A DNA stretch of 20,000 nucleotides from an uncultured virus (IMG/VR IMGVR_UViG_3300048926_000232) (taxonomy: Duplodnaviria; Heunggongvirae; Uroviricota; Caudoviricetes), in IMG/VR virus record IMGVR_UViG_3300048926_000232; one strand, 5' to 3'. Below are positions 1 through 7,401 of this stretch, piece after piece. The position numbers and the translations under genes were made by a program. The notes below the pieces were generated by a model. That model saw only the letters and a list, made by a program, of their open reading frames with translations. It was not told where the DNA came from and searched no databases. Position 1 is the stretch's first letter; each line of letters begins with the position of its first letter.

Positions 1-14
1 GCGGCAATCCACAT
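1..14 (-). CDS. 5' start of next leftward gene (MWIA...), truncated by the window edge
   Basis: ATG at 14-12 directly after the TAA (17-15) of the upstream gene, with AAGGA upstream; only 4 full codons visible. Confidence 0.5.
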
Positions 15-686
15 TTAGAACAATTCCTTTTGTGTCTCGGTTACGGTCCAGTGAATCGGGGATTGGATAGCGTCGATGCGCCGGGCCATACGTTCCGGGC
101 AAATCTGATTTCGCTTGAAGTTGCGGCCCACGTTGGCGCTATCGGCCGAGGCAAACGGCCATTTGTCGCCGGCTAGGGACAAGCCGCGCAAGAGGTGAAT
201 CCACGGCCGGAGGTGGCGTTTCTCAAGTTCGTTGAAAGCCTCGTCCGCGCGGCGCGCCCACAGGTCGGAACCGACTTGCCAATAGGCATGTGACGAACCG
301 AAACAGATACGCGGCCATTGTTCGGCAAGCTGCAGAAGGTAGGAGATCGGCAGGCCCATATGCCACACCGGGGCGCCGAACGTTCCGAACGGCCATTGCG
401 CGACAAGCTCGGAATTCTCCGCGATCGTGCCGCCGATCACGTCCGGGATAACCGCCCAATGCGGATGGCCTAGCTTGCGCTCAAGCCATTTGTAATAGCG
501 CGGCCAGTCAACGGCTTGGTTCTTCGTGTAGGCGGTAAAGGCCCCGCTATCCCACAAGACGGATTGGCCGTTTGCCAAGCACCATTCGGAATCGTGCGGG
601 TTAGCGAACGAAACGCAAAAGCACTTGCCGGCCATCTTTATCATGTCCAGCCGTGGGGTAAGCGGCGTGCCGTGGTAGTGCAGCAT
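15..686 (-). CDS. TGT/DpdA-like (tRNA-guanine transglycosylase fold) phage protein
   Basis: 223 aa; motifs VLWDSGAFT, PDVIGG, PVWH, IHLLRG and SADS occur in the order expected for TGT-family catalytic motifs. Confidence 0.6.
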   Translation of the reverse strand: MLHYHGTPLTPRLDMIKMAGKCFCVSFANPHDSEWCLANGQSVLWDSGAFTAYTKNQAVDWPRYYKWLERKLGHPHWAVIPDVIGGTIAENSELVAQWPFGTFGAPVWHMGLPISYLLQLAEQWPRICFGSSHAYWQVGSDLWARRADEAFNELEKRHLRPWIHLLRGLSLAGDKWPFASADSANVGRNFKRNQICPERMARRIDAIQSPIHWTVTETQKELF

Positions 687-797
687 GCGGGTTTCTCTTT
701 AATCGTGACGATGGTAAGACGGGCGGTCCCCGGTTCCGGCCTACGCAACCGGATGCCAATCGCCGGGGGCATGCGATTTCCCTCGCATTACTGGCGG

Positions 798-826
798 CCG
801 GGCGGGTTTGCTGAGAGCCCGCCCGG
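798..826. terminator. GC-rich stem-loop downstream of the xis-like gene
   Basis: CCGGGCGGG (798-806) pairs with CCCGCCCGG (818-826); no clear U-tract on the minus strand. Confidence 0.4.
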
Positions 827-827
827 T

Positions 828-1040
828 TTAATCCCGGTCGCCTTCCGGCGGCGCGGCTTTCGCATCCCACAAATCCAAATCCGAAACCCGCCATAGCGGG
901 CGGGGGCGGGCGCCGCGTCCGAACCGGTACGGCCTCGGGAATCCCTTTTCGGGTTCCTTCGTCCAACGGTCGATTGTGAACGGGGTAACCCCGTAACGGG
1001 CCGCAACCTTTCCCTTTGTCAGAAATGTCTCGCCTTCCAT
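828..1040 (-). CDS. AlpA/excisionase-like HTH protein
   Basis: 70 aa MEGETFLTKGKVAARYGVTPFTIDRW...GFPRP...LWRVSDLDLW; GGAGGG RBS. Confidence 0.85.
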   Translation of the reverse strand: MEGETFLTKGKVAARYGVTPFTIDRWTKEPEKGFPRPYRFGRGARPRPLWRVSDLDLWDAKAAPPEGDRD

Positions 1041-1053
1041 GGGCTTTCCCTCC

Positions 1054-1299
1054 CTAATGGCGGCTTCCCGGCGGCGGCATGTGCAGCCGCGCCTCTTCCC
1101 GCGCAATGAACCGCTTGAGCATGGCAATGGTCCGGGGGCGCCCTACGTTGGCGATCCATTCCGGCGCCGCCGCCACGTCTTCCCGGTCGAAAATGAACAG
1201 CGCGAAACCGCTTTCCCCACATTCGACAAGCAGCAAGCGGGCAAGTTCCTGCAGCCGCTTTTCCTTGGCGGCCTTTTGTTCAGTGCAATTCGCCTGCAT
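1054..1299 (-). CDS. Hypothetical phage protein
   Basis: 81 aa ORF tiled in the leftward operon (GFALFIF...WIAN). Confidence 0.7.
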   Translation of the reverse strand: MQANCTEQKAAKEKRLQELARLLLVECGESGFALFIFDREDVAAAPEWIANVGRPRTIAMLKRFIAREEARLHMPPPGSRH

Positions 1300-1717
1300 T
1301 GCCTTCGGCCTCTTTTTTCAGCGTGAGAACGTCAACCTTCGTTATGCGCGACAGGATCGCGACCATGAGTTCAAAGGCTTGTTCGAGTTCCGGCTCTTCC
1401 AATTCCGAAAGCGATTTCGGATATTCGATAATCCGGCCGCCGGGGGTCTTGGTTTCTTTGACCACGCCGATTGCAAGCTTGATTGCCTCGCTTGCCTGTT
1501 CGGCGGTCTGCCATGGGGTTTTGCATTGGTGCACTGCCAGGCCGAGGATCAGCCACCAACGTTTTATCGTTCGCTTGCCGCGATCACTGACAACGGAGAC
1601 GGTAAACGGCGTGCCGTTCGGATAGCTTGCCAACCGTTCCTGCTCATACATCGAGGCGGGCACGAGCTTGCCGGCCTCAAGGATCATGTGCAGCGGCGGA
1701 AAGTCACTCTTCGCCAT
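1280..1717 (-). CDS. NinB/DUF1367-like recombination-associated protein
   Basis: 145 aa from MAKSDF; KRWWLIL, IKLAIG and PKSLSEL pattern resembles DUF1367/NinB; lies in the Bet operon. Confidence 0.55.
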   Translation of the reverse strand: MAKSDFPPLHMILEAGKLVPASMYEQERLASYPNGTPFTVSVVSDRGKRTIKRWWLILGLAVHQCKTPWQTAEQASEAIKLAIGVVKETKTPGGRIIEYPKSLSELEEPELEQAFELMVAILSRITKVDVLTLKKEAEGNAGELH

Positions 1718-1931
1718 GGCCGCCCCCGTTCTGCCGGTTGGCAACGTAGCGCTTCGCCGTCTTGTCGTAGCGCATGAGGTCGGGCCAACGCTTGAGCGCG
1801 CGGCCTATGTCGCCGCTGGCCGTCTGAATACTGACGTGGAAGAAATCGGCAATGTCTTGCCGGTTTATCGTGCCGTTCTGCAAAACAAGTTCGCGCACCT
1901 TTTCGGCCCGCTGTTCTGAATACCAACTCAT
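1704..1931 (-). CDS. Stand-alone winged-HTH resembling the N-terminal domain of CapW-type WYL regulators
   Basis: 75 aa MSWYSEQR...GTINRQDIADFFHVSIQTASGDI...MRYDKTAKRYV; ATGA overlap at 1928-1931. Confidence 0.7.
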   Translation of the reverse strand: MSWYSEQRAEKVRELVLQNGTINRQDIADFFHVSIQTASGDIGRALKRWPDLMRYDKTAKRYVANRQNGGGHGEE

Positions 1932-2350
1932 GCGGTCGCCTCCGCTAGATAGGTCGGATGCGCCGTCTTCATGTGACGGGCCATTTGCTGGACCGTTCGA
2001 TTGCAGCACGGACAAACGCCAGCGGCGGCGCGCTTCTTCAATCGCCCGCTTTCGCGGCCGGCGGCTAAGGCTTTCGAATGCCATTCTTGTTCCTTTGCTT
2101 TCGCCTGCCGGATTTCATCGTCTTTTTCGGCAAGCTTTTGCCTGAGACGGTCGCGCTCGCGGCGCGCCATATCGAGTTCGGATTCGCCAAGGGAGAAAAC
2201 CCACGTATGCCCGTTGGGGCACCAGACGGACATTTCAGGCCGCCGCCGGTAGGCAACCTGATAGAGGTCATGGGGTAGGTAGTAGGACACCGAACAACGC
2301 GGGCATGTCGCCCGCGCAAACTCGCCGCCGTCTAGCGTTACCACCGGCAT
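1928..2350 (-). CDS. Zinc-finger/coiled-coil phage protein
   Basis: CPRC...CPNGH, central coiled coil, C-terminal CPCC...HMKTAH (C2H2-like). Confidence 0.8.
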   Translation of the reverse strand: MPVVTLDGGEFARATCPRCSVSYYLPHDLYQVAYRRRPEMSVWCPNGHTWVFSLGESELDMARRERDRLRQKLAEKDDEIRQAKAKEQEWHSKALAAGRESGRLKKRAAAGVCPCCNRTVQQMARHMKTAHPTYLAEATA

Positions 2351-3480
2351 TACCGTTCCTCCCCGTACATGCGGGCATAGGCGCGGCGCTTGATTTCCAA
2401 TGCTTTGCGTTGCGCGTCCGCGTTCCCCTCAAGAACCGCCATCGCGTCGAAATCTTCCCACGTATCGGAAAACGTGGCTTCGTCATTGCAGGCGTTCAGG
2501 GCGTTGCTAAGCCGCGTGAGGAAATCCGGGCGGTCGCCTGGAAAATCGTCTTCGTCCCCCGGCGGCAATAGCTCGCCGTCAATTACCGTTCCGGCGTCGT
2601 CTCTTGGGGGTTCGCGACGTGGTGCGCCGCCGGGCGCGGTTCCTGCAAAGGCGGCTTGTTCGTCCGTGGCGCGGCGCTGCTGGCCGGCGGGGCGGGGCGG
2701 GGTTCGCGGGGCGTCTTCGTTTCGCGCTGGCGGCCGGGGCGGTTGTTGCGGTTCCGGCGTAGCTGCAAATGGAATCGTTTCGTCATCAATCACCCGGCCT
2801 TGCATTTCTTCGGCGGCGTATTCGTTGCCCAATTCTTCGGGGAAGGCCTTTCGCAAAACGGCGGCCTCCGTGCATTTGTCGATTTGCCCGAAAGGCCGCT
2901 TGCGCCACATTTCGTTCGGCATGTCGGTAAACCGGCCCGCCGTCGCATATGTCTCGGTCCAGTAGACGCGCGCCGTGAATGCCACGCGCTGGCCTTCGAC
3001 AATCCGCCATGCCGTCATGCGGCACCACTCAGGATATGAAACCGTCTGCTTGACGACGCGGGCCGGTTCGCGCGGATCGTCGCTATCGGTTCGTTGCTCG
3101 AATTCGCAAATGATGGTTGGCCCGAATTCGGCCTCGCTCAAGCCGGCGTAGCTCTTGGTACGGGCGGCCGTGGTGCGCAGTTCGGAAATTCCAGGCCAGA
3201 CGGTTTCGACCATTTTTCGAAGCGCCGAAGACCAGACCGGCACGATATGGCACGGCCGGCGAAATGGGTCTAAATTCCTATGTTTGCAATAGGTCAGAAC
3301 AAGCTGGATCGCCTCGACCGATTTCGCCGCCGGGTAAAGTTGTTCAACCAAGACCCGCCATTCGGCACTCGATACGCCAAGCGCTTTCGCCACGTCTGCC
3401 GAAATCGGGAGCCGGGAAGGGGCCAATTCGTTGATGACTGCCGGCGCCTGCCGGCTATTGTCCTGACGTTGTTGTGCCAT
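2350..3480 (-). CDS. bet: Phage recombination protein Bet (RecT/Redbeta single-strand annealing protein)
   Basis: YCKHRNLDPFRRPCHIVP, PGISELRTTAART, W..RPFGQIDKCTEAAVLRKAFPEE..YAAEEM. Confidence 0.9.
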   Translation of the reverse strand: MAQQRQDNSRQAPAVINELAPSRLPISADVAKALGVSSAEWRVLVEQLYPAAKSVEAIQLVLTYCKHRNLDPFRRPCHIVPVWSSALRKMVETVWPGISELRTTAARTKSYAGLSEAEFGPTIICEFEQRTDSDDPREPARVVKQTVSYPEWCRMTAWRIVEGQRVAFTARVYWTETYATAGRFTDMPNEMWRKRPFGQIDKCTEAAVLRKAFPEELGNEYAAEEMQGRVIDDETIPFAATPEPQQPPRPPARNEDAPRTPPRPAGQQRRATDEQAAFAGTAPGGAPRREPPRDDAGTVIDGELLPPGDEDDFPGDRPDFLTRLSNALNACNDEATFSDTWEDFDAMAVLEGNADAQRKALEIKRRAYARMYGEER

Positions 3481-3524
3481 GGGTTGGCTTCCTTCTCTTG
3501 AGGAGTAAAGGCCGAAGCCGTAGC

Positions 3525-3553
3525 GGCGGCCCGCCGGGGTAGGACGGGCCGCC
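3525..3553. other. Intergenic stem-loop
   Basis: GGCGGCCCG (3525-3533) pairs with CGGGCCGCC (3545-3553). Confidence 0.45.
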
Positions 3554-3603
3554 TAACCGAAACCGCCTAGTTGGGGCCGGAAGTGGCGGCGGCTTCGGGT
3601 TCG

Positions 3604-3771
3604 CTATTTCTGGTCGGGCTTGTTCGCCCAACCGACAACCGCGATGAGGCCGAGCAGCATCAAATCAAAAATGAAATCGAACACGGCCGGCGTGATGAAT
3701 TCCAAGAAGATGATTGTGCTTGCGGCGGCGAGTGCGACGGCGGTTATTCGCTGTTTCAGCCAAGGCCACAT
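3604..3771 (-). CDS. Small membrane protein (two hydrophobic segments) coupled to terB
   Basis: 55 aa MWPWLKQRITAVALAAASTIIFLEFITPAVFDFIFDLMLLGLIAVVGWANKPDQK; start overlaps the terB stop. Confidence 0.75.
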   Translation of the reverse strand: MWPWLKQRITAVALAAASTIIFLEFITPAVFDFIFDLMLLGLIAVVGWANKPDQK

Positions 3772-4208
3772 CAGCCGACCAGCTTCGCATAATTGACGCC
3801 GCACGTTTCGGCGATTGTCTTCATGATCGCCTCTTCGGGCGCGGAAATCCCGCCTTCGTCCGCAACGTCGAGGCAGGCGAGAACAATCGCCGTTCCCATG
3901 CTTCCGCTCTTGTCGCGGGCAACAACCTGCCTGATTTCTTCCATCAGTTCGGACTTGCCGGAACGGGTGGCCGTCTTTGGCGCCATGCGGCCGAAGACCG
4001 ACTCGATTTCCTGAGAACCGAACCCGGCGGCAATCGCGGTATTCGAACGGATCACGAGCAACGTCTTGTCGTATTCCTTGTCGTCAATGCCGCCCTCGGC
4101 CGCCGCCGTGAGGGCGCAGCCAGCGCACATGCCTTCCAAGAAATCCTTGTTGCCGCTCATTTGCTGGATAGCCGCCTTGGCCTTCCCCTTGAACAGATTT
4201 CCGAACAT
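3771..4208 (-). CDS. terB: TerB-family (tellurite-resistance-like) protein
   Basis: NKDFLEG..AGCALTAAAEGGIDDKE and LDVADEGGISAPEEAIMKTIAETCGV duplicated metal-binding motifs. Confidence 0.85.
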   Translation of the reverse strand: MFGNLFKGKAKAAIQQMSGNKDFLEGMCAGCALTAAAEGGIDDKEYDKTLLVIRSNTAIAAGFGSQEIESVFGRMAPKTATRSGKSELMEEIRQVVARDKSGSMGTAIVLACLDVADEGGISAPEEAIMKTIAETCGVNYAKLVG

Positions 4209-4229
4209 TGGTTCTTTCCTCTTCCTTGG

Positions 4230-5249
4230 TTAGACCGCGCGCTTTTCTTCGTGGCGCACGGTTCCGGGCAGGGGCACGTTTGCGCGCGCCGCCGCGTCTG
4301 CGATGACTTGAAGGATTTCCTTGACGCGGGCGTCATGCTTGACGGCCTGATACAGCGCGTCCTGATCCTCGATGACGGCCGAAACGAACGTGCGCAGCGT
4401 GACGCGTTCGCCGGTTCGGCCGGCTTGGATTGGCCTGGCTTCGGCCTCGCGTTCGGCGAGCTTTGCCTTTGAGAGGGCCGCGCCCGCGTCCGCCACCACG
4501 TCCGGGTCGTTCGCGCCTTCGGCACGCCAGAGTTTTTCGTCCGCTATTTCCTTGAGCCTGGCAGCTTCGACAGCGGCAAGGCGGCGGCGTTCGTCTTCCT
4601 TGCGCTCTTCCTCACGCAAGAACGCATCAATCGACCGCTTGAGGGCCTTTGCGGCAAGGTCGGAATCCTCTCTAAGCGCGCGCCATTTCTGGTCGATGCG
4701 CCGCCCCTCAATAAGGGACGGTTCTTTTTCAACCTTATGCCGGGCCGTGGCGCGGGTGGATATCGCGGCCAACCGCTTCGCGATAATCGCGGCCTGATCG
4801 GCGCGGGCTTGGGTATCGACCGGCGTCTTTTTGAATTCCAGATAGGCGGCGTTTTCCTTGCCGAATTCCTGAGACAGCGCAACGAACGGGTCTTCGGGCG
4901 CGCTTGTTTCGCCCATGGCCGGTTCGGGTTCGTCTTCAAAGGATTCGCCCGCCAACGCGCGGTCGTATTGCTCTTCGGTAATCGGGTTTCTGCAGGCGTA
5001 TTGCCAAAGGTTGAAAATCAAATCGACCTTTACCGGCTTGCCGCTGCGCAGCGCGTTGAAAGCGCCGCTATCGTCAACCCAAATCTGAACGGGTTCCCAC
5101 GGCGAACCTTTCCGGCGAACCCGGAAATAGCCGTTGCCCGGCGGTTGCTCATGAACGGGAAGTTCCGGCGATCCGATCAGCGCCTTGTTGTCCAGCGCCG
5201 CGAAATACCAACCCCACGGGTCGGACTCGTCGTAAAGCAAATCGGCCAT
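4230..5249 (-). CDS. Hypothetical coiled-coil protein of the recombination module (DUF1351/Gp157-like C-terminus)
   Basis: 339 aa; small N-terminal beta domain, long helical region (EKEP.L..GR.ID.KW), ends VPLPG...EEKRAV; GGAGG RBS. Confidence 0.7.
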   Translation of the reverse strand: MADLLYDESDPWGWYFAALDNKALIGSPELPVHEQPPGNGYFRVRRKGSPWEPVQIWVDDSGAFNALRSGKPVKVDLIFNLWQYACRNPITEEQYDRALAGESFEDEPEPAMGETSAPEDPFVALSQEFGKENAAYLEFKKTPVDTQARADQAAIIAKRLAAISTRATARHKVEKEPSLIEGRRIDQKWRALREDSDLAAKALKRSIDAFLREEERKEDERRRLAAVEAARLKEIADEKLWRAEGANDPDVVADAGAALSKAKLAEREAEARPIQAGRTGERVTLRTFVSAVIEDQDALYQAVKHDARVKEILQVIADAAARANVPLPGTVRHEEKRAV

Positions 5250-5270
5250 CGTTCTTTCCTCCGATGTTGG

Positions 5271-5302
5271 AAAAAGAAAAGAGCCGGGGCAGGCCCCGGC
5301 CC
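5271..5302 (-). terminator. Rho-independent terminator ending the secreted-protein cassette
   Basis: Minus strand GGGCCGGGG-CCTG-CCCCGGCTC followed by TTTTCTTTTT. Confidence 0.85.
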
Positions 5303-5363
5303 TCCCTTCTTCCGCGCCTAACGGACTGTCATTACGTTGGCGCTTCCGAAAACAACGGCCTGA

Positions 5364-5738
5364 TTAAAGGCCGGCGCCACCACCCACAGCCACGCCGCCC
5401 GCGCTTCCCGATCCGGACGCGCCGGATAGGGACAATCCGTTTCCGATGGAGCCGCCGGCCGCCGTGGACTGAGAGCCGGATTGCGCGGAGGTAGCGCCGC
5501 CACCGCCGCCGCCGCCGAGAAACCCGGCGCCGAGGCCGCCACCTGCAGCGGTAGCCGTGGACTGGCCGTAAGACTGATTGCCGGAAACAGCGGCGGCGTT
5601 ACCGAGGGTGAGCGTGCCCTGCTGGCCGGCAGACTGTGACCACGTATTGGTGAAGCCGCCGCCGAAGCCGAAACCGGCGGCGGAAGCGCCAGCGGTAGAC
5701 AGGGCGAGGGCCGCGATTGCAGCAAGAATAATGCGCAT
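5364..5738 (-). CDS. Secreted Gly/Ser/Ala-rich low-complexity protein
   Basis: Sec signal MRIILAAIAALALSTAGASA; mature chain lacks D, E, K, R, H, P and C; alternative start at 5753. Confidence 0.8.
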   Translation of the reverse strand: MRIILAAIAALALSTAGASAAGFGFGGGFTNTWSQSAGQQGTLTLGNAAAVSGNQSYGQSTATAAGGGLGAGFLGGGGGGGATSAQSGSQSTAAGGSIGNGLSLSGASGSGSAGGVAVGGGAGL

Positions 5739-5824
5739 AGTAGTTTTCCCCATAATGAAGAAGGCGGCGGGATTGCCACCCCGCTACCCACCGGTTCCGC
5801 AACCGATGGGTAGAAGGCTAGCAA

Positions 5825-6463
5825 TCAGTTCGAAGCAATTTTCATGGCGGCCCATTTTGCTTGGAGTCTGGCTGCAGCTTGCTTCGCGCCGATCTGATTG
5901 GCGGTTAGCTTTTTCGGCGCGCCGGGCGTGGCGCTTGCCGTGTTCTGGAAAAGGGCGCGAACCGGCGTGGCCTGGTAGCCATAGACATAGCCACGGCGGG
6001 GCGGGCGCCTGCCGTCGCTTACGGCTGCATAGGCGTTTCCGCATGCGCCGCCGGCTGCATCGCTGATTTGCTTGATGTTGCAGAGAACCTTTCGGCCCAC
6101 GCCGATGCCGAAGGCTTGAGCGGCAATCTTCGCGTTTTCGCGAGTGTTGCAATCACGGTCCATGACCGTACTACCGAAGGAAAAGCCCCAACCGGCCCCG
6201 CCAGCGCCGCCCGAAACGGAACCTTGACAGGAAAAGCCGCCAACAGCGAGCGACGGCGCAAAAGCGGCCCCCGTACCCCGGTAGCTCTTGCCGGATTGAA
6301 TGTTAATGGAATTGCCATTGCTTCCCGAAGAAGAAAAGGAACCGGAGGACGAACTAGCCCCGGCGTTGGCGTTGGCATTGGCGGTTTGAGCGGAGGCAGA
6401 ACCGGCAAACAGTAAAGCGCAAGCAGTAGTGACGGCGATTGCCGTTGAAAGCGCGTAGCGCAT
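5825..6463 (-). CDS. Secreted protein with Ser/Gly/Asn-rich N-terminus and a four-Cys domain
   Basis: GAGGGG RBS; signal peptide ending ASA|Q; APSL..SC.GS.SGG..G.GFSFG.T..D.DC..R; basic C-terminal tail. Confidence 0.8.
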   Translation of the reverse strand: MRYALSTAIAVTTACALLFAGSASAQTANANANAGASSSSGSFSSSGSNGNSINIQSGKSYRGTGAAFAPSLAVGGFSCQGSVSGGAGGAGWGFSFGSTVMDRDCNTRENAKIAAQAFGIGVGRKVLCNIKQISDAAGGACGNAYAAVSDGRRPPRRGYVYGYQATPVRALFQNTASATPGAPKKLTANQIGAKQAAARLQAKWAAMKIASN

Positions 6464-6659
6464 GTAAATAACCCCTCTAAATGGCGTGGGACCACAGATT
6501 AGCGCACGGCCAACGTCCCCAATGGCCGGGGCTTTATCAGTATCGATGTAGAAAAGAACTTGAACCGCCGGCCCCCGGTTGGAGATTTGCAGACGCCTCA
6601 CTGGCGGCCGGCGATTAGTACCTTAGTTAACCGAAGCCAACTAAAATAACTGGCTCTTG

Positions 6660-6688
6660 TTGTAGCTCCGCTATTGTTAGCTTGCAAG
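6660..6688 (-). promoter_or_regulatory. Leftward sigma70 promoter (PL-like) overlapped by a putative repressor operator
   Basis: Minus strand CTTGCA-N17-CTACAA matches the rhizobial CTTGAC-N17-CTATAT consensus; TAGCTCCGCTA at 6663-6673. Confidence 0.65.
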
Positions 6689-6692
6689 AGGG

Positions 6693-6708
6693 TTAAAGCC
6701 ACGTTAAC
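6693..6708. promoter_or_regulatory. CtrA binding site
   Basis: TTAA-AGCCACG-TTAAC is an exact TTAA-N7-TTAAC on both strands, 4 bp upstream of the -35 box. Confidence 0.7.
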
Positions 6709-6721
6709 GCACAAAACGAAT

Positions 6722-6753
6722 CAAGCCGGCAACGGAGCGACGTTGCCGGCTTG
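6722..6753 (-). terminator. 13-bp stem-loop downstream of the repressor-YkgJ operon
   Basis: CAAGCCGGCAACG-GAGCGA-CGTTGCCGGCTTG with a weak U-tract on the minus strand. Confidence 0.6.
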
Positions 6754-6855
6754 GGGTTAGTTGCTGATTCTACTCGGTTATCAGGCCGCGTTATGTGCTG
6801 AACGCGCCTTAAAAAAATCAGCTATGCCACATGTGCGCATAGCTTCGGACTACAA

Positions 6856-7401
6856 TTACGCTCCGCCGAACGTCTGCAGGAAATCCGCCAATGAATGTTC
6901 TTTGTCGCTCATGCCCGAGCGCTCTTCGTGCCATTTGCCGTCATGAGACATGTTCGGCGGGCATATAACGAAGGCGTCACTAGACGAGGTACGCACGATT
7001 GCCATCATGCCTTCTTCGCCCCGGCGCATGAGATAGGCGCGCAACGCCGGATCGCGATGCGCATCAGGATAGTTTGGATCGAGCCAAATCTGGACAACCG
7101 GAATCTTAACGTCCGGTTGGCTTTCGAATTGCAGGGTTACGTAATCGGGAAGGATATCGATGACGTAATGCGAACGATCCGGCCGGCGCAACTCCTCCGT
7201 ATCGTCTCCCTGTATCCACGCACAATTCCATACTCGGCACGAAAACGGCCGCTTGTCGAAGATAGAGCAGCCTTTACCCGTTCGCTGATATCCGCAACGC
7301 GTGTTTGCCGGCTTGCCGATTTCCTTGACGGGAAGAAGCTTGCAGCAAGAAGTGCAGCCGCCGCAATGGCGCGTGGTGGAGTCAGTGAACGTAATTTTCA
7401 T
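6856..7401 (-). CDS. YkgJ-family CxxCxxCC cysteine-cluster (Zn/Fe-S) protein
   Basis: CGGCTSCC...C...GCSIFDKRPFSCRVWNCAW; ATGA overlap with the repressor stop. Confidence 0.85.
   Translation of the reverse strand: MKITFTDSTTRHCGGCTSCCKLLPVKEIGKPANTRCGYQRTGKGCSIFDKRPFSCRVWNCAWIQGDDTEELRRPDRSHYVIDILPDYVTLQFESQPDVKIPVVQIWLDPNYPDAHRDPALRAYLMRRGEEGMMAIVRTSSSDAFVICPPNMSHDGKWHEERSGMSDKEHSLADFLQTFGGA

Noticed and set aside
3481..3603. tRNA or known ncRNA in the hairpin-rich intergenic region
   Set aside because: Hairpins are present, but I see no cloverleaf, T-loop consensus or recognisable RNA family
5825..6601. 258-aa extended start of the secreted protein
   Set aside because: The RBS and signal peptide both point to ATG 6463; the extension would bury the signal peptide
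790..6611. 12-bp match ACTGGCGGCCGG at 790-801 and 6600-6611 as a nut-like site
   Set aside because: GC-rich 12-mer matches are expected by chance in 20 kb, and there are only two copies
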